Position numbers and translations under genes: made by a program
NCBI RefSeq assembly: GCF_030144855.1
Contig: NC_082730.1
Location: 14,322,001 to 14,386,000 of the forward strand
Length of the DNA: 64,000 nucleotides
DNA from: Hypanus sabinus
Lineage: Eukaryota
Direction: 5' to 3'
Notes under the pieces: generated by a model
Database searches by the model: none
What the model saw: only the letters and a program-made list of their open reading frames with translations
Told to the model about the DNA's origin: nothing
Part shown: positions 23,560 through 35,339 of the stretch, one piece after another
Layout: every line of letters starts with the position of its first letter
Numbering within the stretch: the stretch's first letter is position 1

Positions 23560-26330
23560 AACAGGAGCTTCAGCCCAAGTCCACAGGGCCTTCCTGAGCT
23601 TCTCCTATTTCCCTGCATTTGGCCCACATCCTTCTAAAGCTTTCCTGTAGATGAATTTGTCCAAATGTATTTTAAATAGTGTATTTGTACCCACCTCCAG
23701 CACTTCCTCTGGCAGCCTTTTCCATGTACACACTGCCCTGTGTGGAAAACATTGCCCCTCCAGGCCCTCTAAAACAGGAGAGTTCAATTCCATCAGCCAT
23801 TCCTTTTGCCACTTTCCTAGTTCTATCGGGTCACCTCTCATGCTCTGTTGCTCCAAGGAGAAAAGGCCGAGTTCCATTCTCATAAGGTGCGCTCCCCAAT
23901 CCAGGCAACATCCTTGTAAATCTCCTCTGCACCCTTTCTATGGTTTCCATGTCCTTCCTGTAGTGAGGCGACCAGAAATGAGCACAATACTCCAAGTGGG
24001 GTGTGACCAAAGTCCTATACAGATGTAACTTTACCTCTCGGCTCTTAAACTCAATCCCAAGTTTAATGAAGGTCAATGCATTGTATGCCTTCTAAGACCA
24101 CACTGTCAATCTGCGTAGCAGCTTTGAGTGTCCTATGGACTTGGACCCCAAGATCCCTCTGATCCTCTACACTGCCAAGATTCTTACCATTAATGTAATA
24201 TTCTGTCGTCATACTTGACCTACCAAAATGAACCGCCTCACACTTATTTGGGTTGAACTCCATCAGCCAAGTTTTGCATTCTATCAATGTCCCGCTGTAA
24301 CCTCTGACAGCCCTCCACACAATCCACAACACCTCCGAGCTTTGTGTCATCAGCAAAATTACTAACCCATCCCTCAACTTCCTCATCCAGGTCATTTATA
24401 AACATCATGAAGAGCAGTGGTCCCAGAACAGATCCCTGTGACACTCCACTGGTTACCAACCTCCATGCAGAATATGACTCATCTACAACCATTCTTTGCC
24501 TACTGTGGGCAAGCCAGTTCTAGATCCAAAAAACAATGTCCCTTGGATCCTATGCCTCCTTATTTTCACAATAAGCCTTGCATGGGATACCCTATCAAAT
24601 GTCTTGCTGAAATCCATATACACTACATCTGCTCTACCTTCATCAATGTGTTTGTCACGTCCTCAAAAAATTCAATCAGGCTCGTAAGGCATGACCTGCC
24701 TTTGACAAAGCGGTGCTGACTATTCCTAATCATATTATGCCTCTCCAAGTGTTCTTAAGTCCTGTCTCTGAGGATCTTCTCCATCAAGTTACCAACCTCT
24801 GAAGTAAGACTCACTGGTCTATAATCTCATGGGCTATCTTTACTCCCTTTCTTGAATAAGGGAAGAACATTCTCAACCCTACAATCCTCCAGAACCTCTC
24901 CTGTCCCCATTGAAGATGCAAAGATTATCGCTAGAGGCTCAGCCATCTATTTCCTTGCCTTCCACAGTAGCCTGGTGTACATCCTGTCCCGTCCTGGTGA
25001 CTTATCCAACTTGATGCTTTCCAAAAGCTCCAGCACATCCTCTTTATTAATATCTACATACACAATCTTTTCAGTCCACTGCAAGTCATCCTTACAATCA
25101 CTAAGATCCTTTTCCGTAGTGAATACTGAAGCAAAGTATTCATTAAGTACCTCTGCTATCTCCTCCGGTTCCATATACACTTTTCCTTTGTCACAGTTGA
25201 TTGGTCCTGTTCTCTCATGTCTTATCCACTTGCTGTTCACATACTTGTAGAATGCCTTTGGGTTTTCCTTAATCCTGCTTACCAAGGCCTTCTCATGGCC
25301 CCATCTGGCTCTCCTGATTTCATTCTTAAGCTCCTTCCTGTTAGCCTTATAATTTTCTAGTTCTCTATTATTACCTAGTTTTTTGAACCTTTCTTAAGCT
25401 TTTTTCTTCTTGACTTTTAACTTTTTAACAGCCTTTGTATACCATGCTTCCTGTACCTTACCATCCTTTCCCTGAGTCATTGGAATGTACCTATGTAGAA
25501 TGCCATGCAAATATCTCCTGAACATTTGCCGCATTTCTGGCAGACATTTCCCTGAGAACTCCTGTTCCCAATTTATGCTTCCAAGTTCCTGCCTGATAGC
25601 TTCATATATACCATTACACTAATAAAAAGCTTTCCTAACTTGTCTGTTGCTATCCCTTTCCAATGCTATTGTAAAGGAGATTGAACTGTGGTCAATATCT
25701 CCAAAATGCCCTCCCACTGAGAGACCTAACAACTGACCAGGTTCATTTCCCAATACCAGATCTGGTACAGCCTCTCCTCTTGTAGGCTTATCTACATACT
25801 GTGTCAGGAAATTTTTCTGAACACACCTAACAAACTCCACCTCATCTGAACCCCTCGCTCTAGAGAGATGCTAAACAATACTGGAGAAATTAAAATCTCC
25901 CACCATGACAACCATGTTATTATTGCATCTTTCCAGAATCTGTTTTCCTGTCTGCTCCTTGATGTCCCTGTTCTTATTGGGTGGTCTATAAAAAAAACAC
26001 CCAGCAGAGTTGTTGACCCCTTCCTTTTCCTAACTTCCACTCACAGAGACTCAGACAACCCCTCCATGACTTCCTCCTTTTCTGCAGCCATGACATTATT
26101 TCTGATCAGCAGTGCCAAGCCCCACCTCTTTTGCCTCCCTCCCTGTCCTTTCTGAAACATCTACAGCCTGGCATCCTAAGTAGCCATTCTTGCCCCTGAG
26201 CCATCCAAGTTTCTGTAATGGCCACAACATCATAGCTCCAAGTACTGAATGAGGCTCTAAGCTCATCCACTTTGATCATACCCCTTGCATTAAAATAGAC
26301 ACTTCCCAAACCATCTATGGTCTCCAGTAT
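23560..26330 (-). mobile_element. Degenerate CR1 LINE(s), ORF2 from endonuclease to 3' end
   Basis: Minus-strand ORFs include YFNARG..YDVVAITETW, NEYFASVFT, SGVSQGSVLGPLLF..FADDTKLGG and RPHLEYC..FWSPHYRKD, all fragmented. Confidence 0.88.
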
Positions 26331-26562
26331 TTCATGGAGAGTGATTGATTTCCATTTCTCTTGATCTCTCTACCTCTGAGACAAATAACTAAATCTTTCA
26401 TGAATGCAGGTTCAACACTCTCTGGGGGAAGGAATCTTTCCTACTCTCAGTTGTAAATGGGTTACCCTTTAGATTATTCCAAGACTCCATGCACTATCCC
26501 ATATCCCCTGGCATTGCAAAAGTGTCCTACAGCACCTGTATCTGTATCATGTCTTTTAACAG

Positions 26563-26617
26563 AGCCAGTTCATTTCTGTGAAAATACTGTGACTGAATCC
26601 ATGACAACTGCAGAAAT
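26563..26617 (+). pseudogene. Receptor stalk exon (xPVHFCENTVTESMTTAE, phase 1 to 2)
   Basis: Acceptor tcttttaacag| and donor AT|GTAAGA. Thr-rich; its phase links a phase-1 Ig exon to the phase-2 TM exon. Confidence 0.7.
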
Positions 26618-27132
26618 GTAAGAATCTACATCAGATAAAATGTAAAGTATAGGGTGATTTTGCTGCTACTACTCCAAATAGAACAGCTGGGAGAGAAATT
26701 GGTTTCTCTTTAACTGGTGTTAAGCATGTTTGACATGATTAACTTCAATGGAATCATGTATTGGAAACTGAGTATTCCTGATTTTCTTGGACATGCGTAA
26801 AGCGTGAGAACAAAGGTAATTTTCTTACCCTAAGTATTTAATAATTTATGCAAAGCAGTTGAAGCTCATGTATTGAGTCAGATAGTCATTAATGAAAATT
26901 AGAACATCATTACTCTCTAATCATTAGACATGATCCCATTTCTGCTTCTGAGACCTTGCTGTGAGCAGATTGGTTACTGCAATTTCCCACTGCTGTCAAA
27001 AGTGTCTAATATTCATTTTCCGAGCTGCAGTCATCCAGAGTTCATGAAAGATGTTGCGTAAACGTCAGACTTTACAAATGGCCAAGAATAGGTGGTGAAC
27101 CAGGGCTGACCCTTTCCTATTCTTTACCACAG

Positions 27133-27213
27133 ACCCACTTACATAGTTGTGCTCAGTGTTATCGGGAGTCTGTTCACACTGCATGTTGTTTGTCTACTTT
27201 GCTACCTGAAGAG
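27133..27213 (+). pseudogene. Receptor transmembrane exon (PTYIVVLSVIGSLFTLHVVCLLCYLKR, phase 2-2)
   Basis: Acceptor ttctttaccacag|, ~21 hydrophobic residues ending in KR, weak donor AG|GTTTCT. A possible 27-nt phase 2-2 exon precedes it at 27031-27057. Confidence 0.72.
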
Positions 27214-27242
27214 GTTTCTTTTTCCTTCAATTATTTTTTACA

Positions 27243-27538
27243 TAGCGGTTAGCTTGACACTATTACAGCTTGGGGCATTTTGGAGTTCGGAGTTCAATTC
27301 TGATGCAGTCTGTAAGAAGAGTCCATGTCCACCCAGCCAATGTGTGGGTTTTCCCGGAGTGCTCCAGTTTCCTCCCACAGTCCAAGGACGCACTGAGTAT
27401 GTTATTTGGTCATTGTGAATTGTTCCATGATTAGCTTAAGGTTAATCAGGTTTGTCAAAGTTCCTGTGTCAGTGTGGCACAAAGGGACGGAAGGGCTTAC
27501 TCCATGATGTATCACTAAATAAATCAATCAATAAATAA
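27243..27538 (+). mobile_element. tRNA-derived SINE (related copies ~29221-29530 +, ~30128-30368 +, ~38960-39140 -)
   Basis: A-box-like gcggttagc and B-box-like gagttcaattc, shared body and (aata)n-like tail. Confidence 0.7.
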
Positions 27539-29582
27539 TCTGGTGTCTCTTAACTAGACTTTGTAAACCGGTGAAGGGAATTGTGAGTACAGTGATCATC
27601 TGTGTGTTATTATCAAATGGGGAAATGGGGTTGATCACTGGAACTAAAGCCCCTGCAGCCTCTGACTCACTGGCCAATGGAATATAACTCACTGGCCGAA
27701 AATTATAGCAACTAGTAATTCGACTGCTCCCCAGGATGTAGTTCCTGGCCTCTCTCTCTCTCCTACAAACCAGAAAATTATTTTCAACATAGTATTATCC
27801 CATAGTCACTCTTTGTTGGAAAGACCTGAACAAAAGGAGTGCATTCTTTTCCAAAGAGAAATTCTCTCACTGATCAATACCTGAGATATTGGCAGAAAGT
27901 GCTGGGAATGCTCAGCATGTCAGACGGCAGCTGTGGAGAGAGGAACAGCTGATCCTTCAAGGCAACGACCTTACACCAGAACTGGAAAATGTGAGCGTTA
28001 ACAAGTCTTGAGGTGTAGTGGAAGTATAGAAGGAAGCACAAAAGAGAGGGTTTCTGAGGGAGTACAGGACAGAAAACGTATGTCAGGAAAGATGATGTGT
28101 GAGGCAAACGGTGGGTGATAATAGAATAAATGAAGATATAAAGATGAGCGGGCTTTGAAATTTGATTTCTGCATCAGTGGCATTATCCTAATCAGTAACA
28201 GAGTGTACATTTCTCTTTTTATGGTTAACTATTACTATATTAATAAACAAATTGGAATCATGCTTTGGGAAATAAAATCTGTTCATAATTCAACATGCAC
28301 TATTCTGCCCTCACTCAAGAGTTTTCCCTGTTTTCTTAAAGGTAGGCAAATGGGTAAACTCCAGATAGGTAGTTTTAAGGCAGTTTTATTGTTCACCTTC
28401 ACATTACAATAAGCCAGGAGCTGAGTAAAAAGACAGTGCTTCGAGGTGTTCTCACGAGAGATGGATCCAAATACTGATTAAAATCCCTTTGAATCCTAAA
28501 AATGTATTTCTGTCAAATGAATGAGTAAATATAAAAATAATCATAAAATGACTGACCTGATGTTGAAGGTCAGTTGCTTAGAAACATAGTGGTAAGGAAT
28601 GAACAACAGCTGTGAACTTTAAAGTAAGCAGTGATATCTAGTGGCTAGAAATAAAACAGCAAACCATATCAGGGGGAACATAACATTCACTAATAGTCCA
28701 AGGCCATGAAAACTGTTCATTGAGGACAGGATATTTGGATTCTGTATGAAATTGCTGATCAGTGCTGAATTCAAAAGTTGGTTTTAATGGTCAGTTGGAA
28801 AATTAGGTGATTTTTATTTTGGGCCGTTTGTTCCTTCTTCCAGAGGGACAATCTGCCACAGAATCCTGGAGAGATCAGTGAGATATTCATGGGGCAGTGT
28901 GAATATGGTCCGGTAATCTGCTCCATCATATTGGGAAGGAGAAATATTAGCTAAAAACACACACAGACATTGTAGAAAATGCATGGTTAGTCAGACAAAA
29001 ATTGTAGCAATAAAAAGAAAAAGAAAATTTCAAATCTAAACTCTTCATTACAATGTTCAAAGATGGAAAACGTCAATTTTCAGTAGCAGAGAAGGTGGGG
29101 AACAAAACAACGTGATCCTTTCTGAATATTGTGCAGTAACCAGAGCAGAGGTTTGCTCTTTGTGGAGAATCATTATTGTGTTGCAGCCTGGGTTTCCGTG
29201 GTTCTGAGATTCAGTATGGGGGCCATGGTAACCTAGCGGTTCGCACTAAGCTATTACAGCTCGGGGCTTTCCGGAGTTTGCAGTTCAATTCCAGTGCCAT
29301 TCTGAAAGGAGTCTCTGAATGTCCTCCCTGTGGGATGCATGGATACACTCCGGGTCCTCCAGTTTCCTCCCAGTCCAAAGACGTACCAGGTAGGTTAATT
29401 GGTCAATGGAAATGTCCCGTGATTAGGTTCAGGTTAATCTGGTTTGTCGGGGGGTTGTTGGGGAGGTGAAGCTCGAAGGCTGCAAGGGTCGACTCTGTGC
29501 TGTATCAACAAATAAATAAATGAATAAATGTTTATGTCTGTAACAGACGCGGAATTGTGAGCAGTAATGTTGTATTTTCCAG

Positions 29583-29630
29583 AAATGAAGCCCAAAACAT
29601 TTCACAGAATTTCGCAACAGTGATACCCAG
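29583..29630 (+). pseudogene. Candidate cytoplasmic exon (NEAQNISQNFATVIP)
   Basis: Acceptor gttgtattttccag| and donor CAG|GTATGG. It is open only in phase 2, matching the TM exon exit phase. Confidence 0.5.
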
Positions 29631-31229
29631 GTATGGACATGAAGTATAAATTGTCTGAATATTTTACAATATTTAACAATTGGATTACATGGGAGTTTAC
29701 AGATCATTCATCCGCACTAATCCAGTCCAGTATTAATATTTAACAGAAACTCATTAAATCTCATCAGCATATCCTTCCAGTTATCTGGCCTTTTCTCTTG
29801 GGTTTATACAGCTTTTCCTTAAGTCTATCCATAATATTTTATGTAACTGTTCTTCAAAGTGGCTCCATGTCTTTTTTATTGTTACCGAAGGGTGAGATTG
29901 GCCCTTTTGAAGCAACACACACAAAATTCTGAAGGAAATCAGCTGGCCAGGTAGCATGTATGGAAGAAAGTACAGTCAACGTTACGGGCTGACTGAATGT
30001 CTAATTATATAAATCTGTCTTTGGGTACAATGACTTTTCTGTCTACATTTTCTATATTCCATCTGAGTCTCAAACCCTGATGTGAAATCAGAAAAGTGAG
30101 TGCAGGTACATACAAAATAATAAACTGGGGGTGGCACGGTTAGCGTAATGCTATTACAAAGCCAGTTACCTGGGTTTAATTCTGCCATTGTCTGTAAAGA
30201 GCTTGTATGCTTTTCCTGTGGGAAATAATATGGTATGCACCCTCTGGGTGCTCTGGGTTCCTCCCACATTCCAAAGAGGTTACTATGTTAATTAGGTCAC
30301 GTGGGTTTAATTGGGTGATGCGGGCTTGTTGGGCCAGAATGGCTTATTTCCATGCTGTATCTCTAAATATGTAAATATCTGTTCTATGCTGACCTCACCC
30401 ACCCACTTTCTCACTCTACCCCTCAATCCTGACAGCAGTGTGAATAGTCTATTGTCTCTTACGTCTGTTATCAACAATATTTTTTGTGATATTTTCCACA
30501 GTTTTTGGAATGCTTGTGTATTACCTTAATTAATATCCCAATTGATTTAACATTTTCTTAATTGAATAATTAGGGTCAGTATTATCAAAGAGCTTCAGTT
30601 GTTTTCTCAATTTCATCCAATTGCTTTCCACTTTCCCAAAGGTAACTGCAGGGCAGAGACTGTTGAAGGATTCTGCTCTGCCGTACATTTTCCCTTCTGG
30701 GCATCACTTTCTCCCCAAGAACTGTACCCTTAAAGAACTGTGTGTTCCCCTTGTGCATCCTCCAGTCTCTGAATCCCACCACCAATGTCAGTAGCTTCAG
30801 CTGCCCAAATCCCAAACACTGGACTTAACAGCTGTTGTCAAACATTATGGAAAATTATATTCCCCAAGTCGATTGAAAGGATCAGGGTTTATTTAAAGAG
30901 AGAAAACTGAGGGTGATCTGGTAGATGTCTGCAGGACTAAGGAAAGTGTTTCCATTTACAGATGAGAGTAGAACTTGAGGTATAAACATAAGATGGTTAA
31001 TTTTAAAAAATCCAAGAGTTTAAGACCATAGGACCATAATCCAAGAACTTCAGACCATAGGAGCAGAATTTGGCCTTTTGGCCCCTCAAGACTGCTCCAT
31101 CCTTTAATCAAGACTGATTTACTTTCCCTCTCACCCCATTATCCTGCCTTCTTCCCAAAAATTTTCACTCCCTCTCCCTTCACATTCATCAGTCATAAAT
31201 TAGATCTTGGAATTAATTTTTTATTTCAG

Positions 31230-31462
31230 GAAATGTCATTTATACAGATCTACTCCATGTTTGAAACAATAAAGCTGCCCAATCGACTACCAACGTAAAT
31301 GGAATTGTGCATGCAGATGTGAAATTTAAAGTGAAATCAAGAGCAGTCCACTCCATTACTGATGAGGACAATGTAACCTATGCAGATATCAAATTTCAAA
31401 CCCAACCCACGAAGTCTAAACCGAAAGCTTTCTCTCCTGCTACAGCAGAGGATTCAGAATGA
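31230..31462 (+). pseudogene. Terminal ITIM-bearing cytoplasmic exon, disabled
   Basis: Acceptor ttttatttcag|. The phase-1 frame reads GNVIYTDLLHV*NNKAAQSTTNVNGIVHADVKFKVKSRAVHSITDEDNVTYADIKFQTQPTKSKPKAFSPATAEDSE*, with an in-frame TGA at 31262-31264. Confidence 0.85.
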
Positions 31463-32537
31463 ATTTGATAAAGTAATTATGTGGATTGATTAAGGCAGAA
31501 GAGTTACACTCAGTGGCCACTTTATTAGGTATATCTGTACACCTGCTTGTTAATGCAAATACCTAATGTGCCAATCATGTGGCAGCAACTTGATACTTAA
31601 AAGCATGCATGTTGGCATGTCATGCATTATAAGATATTCTTCTGCACACCACTGTTGTAACACATGTTTATTGGAGTTTATTGACCTTCCTGTCAGCCTG
31701 AACCAGACTGGCCATTGTCCTCTGTTGGACCTCCGTTTATTTTCTGATCCTTCAGTTTTTCCGGAAGTCAGGAATGATGAGCAGAATTAATTCTAATGAT
31801 CATTTATTTTAGAGTGCAAACAAACATAAGTAAACTAAATAAAGAGCTGAAAAATGGTGTGAGGAGCTAAATGAATGCGAAAGCAAAATTATGGCACCTC
31901 TGTAAAATCCGTTAATTTTCATAGTGAAGATAGGGAAAGTTCCTTTGATTAAAAATAAACTAGTTAATAGGCTGCATAATTAAAACAATTACCTCACATG
32001 GGTAATGTGCCAATAGCCAATGAAAAATGAGGAAGTTGATAAACCATTATTTTAATTGCTATACCACTTTCTGCCAGTGAGTGGGGACAAACCAGCACAT
32101 ACAGTGAAAAATACATGAGTTTACTAAAAAGTACAAATCATATAAAAAGTATTATTTTAAAAAAGTCATGGTTTCCAACACCTCTGTCTTCTCTCGTTAA
32201 CATGACATTGCGTGCGCAGAACCGCCACTCAGTGGATGACACAACAGATGAATGGTGATGTTAAATTGTATTTAATGATGCCTTCAGGATCAGATCAAGG
32301 GAGCCATTAAGTGGCTGTCTCCTGTATTAATGCAGCATTAAGGACACCATCGAAAGGCAACTACCATCTTTAAGGACCTGCTTCACCCACGACATGCCAT
32401 CTCCTCATTGCTCCATCAAGAAGGAGGTGCAGGAGCCTAAAGACACACATGCAACATTTTAAACAGCTTCTACCACTCCACCATCAGATATCTGAATGGA
32501 ATAGACTCTGATCTATGCACACAACCTTCTCCTTTTT

Positions 32538-32692
32538 NNNNNNNNNNNNNNNNNNNNNNNNNNNNNNNNNNNNNNNNNNNNNNNNNNNNNNNNNNNNNNN
32601 NNNNNNNNNNNNNNNNNNNNNNNNNNNNNNNNNNNNNNNNNNNNNNNNNNNNNNNNNNNNNNNNNNNNNNNNNNNNNNNNNNNNNNNNNNNN
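32538..32692. other. Assembly gap (155 N)
   Basis: Run of N. Confidence 1.
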
Positions 32693-32989
32693 GCAGTGAT
32701 ATTAATTCTGATTCTGATTTCCTGCATTCAGTCCACATCTCTCTAAGCCCTGCCCCTCCATGTACCTCCATATATTCAAGTGTTTCTTAAATGGGACTTT
32801 TGTGCCTGCCTCAATCACTGTCTCCGGAAGATGCCACAACTCCAACCTCTGCTGCCTAGTCTGACTGGCAGTCCTACATTGAGTTCAACACTGATTGGCA
32901 ACTCCTGTGACACAGTTGGTGCAAAACTGTACTTGTCTCTGCCCTTTCTTTGCAATCAATCTCTTTGCAAGCAGAAAGAGGGACAAAGG

Positions 32990-34160
32990 AGAGGACGAAA
33001 GCGATGCCTTCCTTTTTTAAACAAAGGTGTTTCTCTTCCTCCACCATCAACTCTGCTCTCAAACACATCTCTTCCATTTCACGCACATCTGCTCTCACCT
33101 CATCCGCCCGCCACCCCACTCGGGATAGGGTTCCACTTGTCCTAACCTACCATCCCACCAGCCTCCGGATCCAACGTATATTTCTCTGTAACTTCCACCA
33201 CCTCCAATGTGATCACACTACCCAGCACTTCTTCCCCCCCCCTTCTGCTCTCCACAGGGTCGCTCCCTACGTGACTCCCTTCTCCATTTGTACCCCTCAT
33301 CCCTTCCCACCGATCTCCCTCCTAGCACTTATCCTTGTAAGCGGAACAAGTGCTGCACCTGCCCTTACACTTCCTCCCTCACCACCATTCAGGGCCCCAG
33401 ACAGTCCTTCCAGGTGAGGCGACACTTCACCTGTGAGTCGGCTAGTGTGGTATACTGCGTCCGGTGCTCCCGGTGTGGTCTTTTATATATTAGTGAGACC
33501 CGACACACTCTGGAAGACCATTTTACTGAAAACTTATGCTCTGTTCGACAGAGAAAGCAGGACCTCCCAGTGGCCACACATTTTAATTCCACGTCCCATT
33601 CCCATTCTGATATGTTTATCCATGACCTCCTCTACTGTCAAGATGAAGCCACACTCAGGTTGGAGGAACAACACCTTATATTCCGTCTGGGTAGCCTCCA
33701 ACCTGATGGCATGAAAATTGATTTCTCTAACTTCTGTTAATGCCCCTCCTTCCCTTCTTACCTCATCCCTGATTAATTTATTTCCCCCCTCCCTTTTTTT
33801 CTCTCTCTGCCTATCAATCTTTGCCTGTTCTCCATCTCCCTCTGATGCTCCTCTCCCCTTTTCTTTCTCCCTAGGCCTCCCATCCCATGATCCTTTCCCT
33901 TCTCCAGCTCTGTATCCCTTTTGCCAATCACCTTTCCAGCTCTTAGCTTCACCCCACCCCCTCCTGGCTTCTCCTATCATTTCAGATTTCCCCCTCCCCA
34001 TCCTACTTTCAAATCTCTTACTATCTTTTCTTTCAGTTAGTCCTGATGAAGGGTCTCTGCCCGAAACATTGACAGTGCTTCTTCCTATAGTTGTTGCCTG
34101 GCCTGCTGTGTTCCACCAGCATTTTGTGTGTGTTGTTTGAACTTCCAGCATCTGCAGATT
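32990..34160 (+). mobile_element. Penelope-like element 3' fragment (GIY-YIG endonuclease + pseudo-LTR)
   Basis: RDRVPLVLTYHP..C.RNKCCTCPYTSS..FTCESASVVYCVRCSRCGLLYISETR..RLEEQHLIFRLGSLQPDGM, followed by a pyrimidine-rich pLTR. Confidence 0.9.
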
Positions 34161-34409
34161 TCCTCGTGTTTGCATTTAGTAGGGTCCATATTTCTAGGGT
34201 AGAAGAGACTTAGGTCCTGCCAAAACATTGAGGCAGTGAACCCCATTTGGTGTGAATACTGTATAATTCAATTGCCCATTGGCAAGAAATGACAGATTAT
34301 ACACTGCATACAATTATGAAGAATATATATTTATGAATGTTAATTTAACTGAAAGGTGATTAAATAAAATAAACAAAATGGCCCATTATAAATAATGGCC
34401 CATTATGTC

Positions 34410-34890
34410 TATCCATGGCCTCCTCTATTGTCAAAATGAATCCAAACTCAGTTTGGAGGAACAACACCTTATATACCGGCTGGGTAGCCTCCAACCTGAT
34501 GGCATGAACATTGACTTCTCTAACTTCCGTTAATGCCCCTCCTCCCCTTCTTACCCCATCCCTGATGTATTTAGTTGTTTGTCTGTTCTCCATCTCCCTC
34601 TGGTGCTCCCTCCCCCTTTCTTTCTCATGAGGCCTCCCGTCCCATGATCCTTTCCCTTCTCCAGCTCTGTATCACTTTCGCTAATCACCTTTCCAGCTCT
34701 TAGCTTCATCCCACCCACTCCGGTCTTCTCCTATCATTTCGCATTTCCCCCTCCCCCCACTACTTTCAAATTTTTTACTATCTTTCCTTTCAGTTAGTCC
34801 TGACGAAGGGTCTTGGCCCGAAACGTCGACAGTACTTCTCCCTATAGATGCTGCCTGGCCTGCTGTGTTCCACCAGCATTTTGTGTGTGC
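34410..34890 (+). mobile_element. Second, shorter Penelope-like 3' fragment
   Basis: LSLEEQHLIYRLGSLQPDGMNIDFSNFR plus the same pLTR as 33740-34160. Confidence 0.88.
34794..34832 (+). ncRNA. Putative minimal type I hammerhead ribozyme in the Penelope pLTR
   Basis: GTC-CTGACGA-A-GGGT(CTTG)GCCC-GAAAC-GTC-GAC: conserved core, stem II, palindromic ACGT stem III and a short GTC/GAC stem I. Activity untested. Confidence 0.55.
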
Positions 34891-35339
34891 CATTATAATT
34901 AAGTCAAGATGTGCACCGGTTGGAGTTCAAATCTTCCAAAAGCTGATGTGACCAATGTACTTATGACACCAACTCAGATTTGCCGATCCTTGGTAGAATT
35001 TCCCACCTTGGGTTCCATCGAATTCTGCATTCCTGCTGGTTCAAATACTATGACGGGTTCTCACAGGTTTCTTCTTTCCTCATCACACACTGAGAAAACC
35101 CTCGACCCACTGCAGTGTCCATCACCAAAAACCTAATCCCAACCATTCTCTGGAAATTCCTCCCAGATCTACCATCCTGACTGGATGACGCAACATTCCT
35201 AAGCTGCCTTATCTTTAACAGTAACCCCAACAAGCTGAAAGCAGAACAAACGGCTCTTACAGAACTACTAAAATGAAATATCTACAGCATAGCAGTAAAA
35301 ATTTGAACTGGGATGTTACAGTTTCTTGTGGTTACCTAC

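Noticed and set aside
28844-30100. Additional candidate cytoplasmic exons (acceptor near 28843; donor AAA|GTGAGT near 30097)
   Set aside because: Phases could not be reconciled with the TM and terminal exons by eye, so they are left uncalled pending transcript data.
32470-32790. ORFs spanning the first N gap
   Set aside because: They are open only because N codons cannot be stops.
33534-34175. 213-aa minus and 140-aa plus low-complexity ORFs
   Set aside because: They derive from the purine/pyrimidine-biased Penelope pLTR, which lacks stops by composition.
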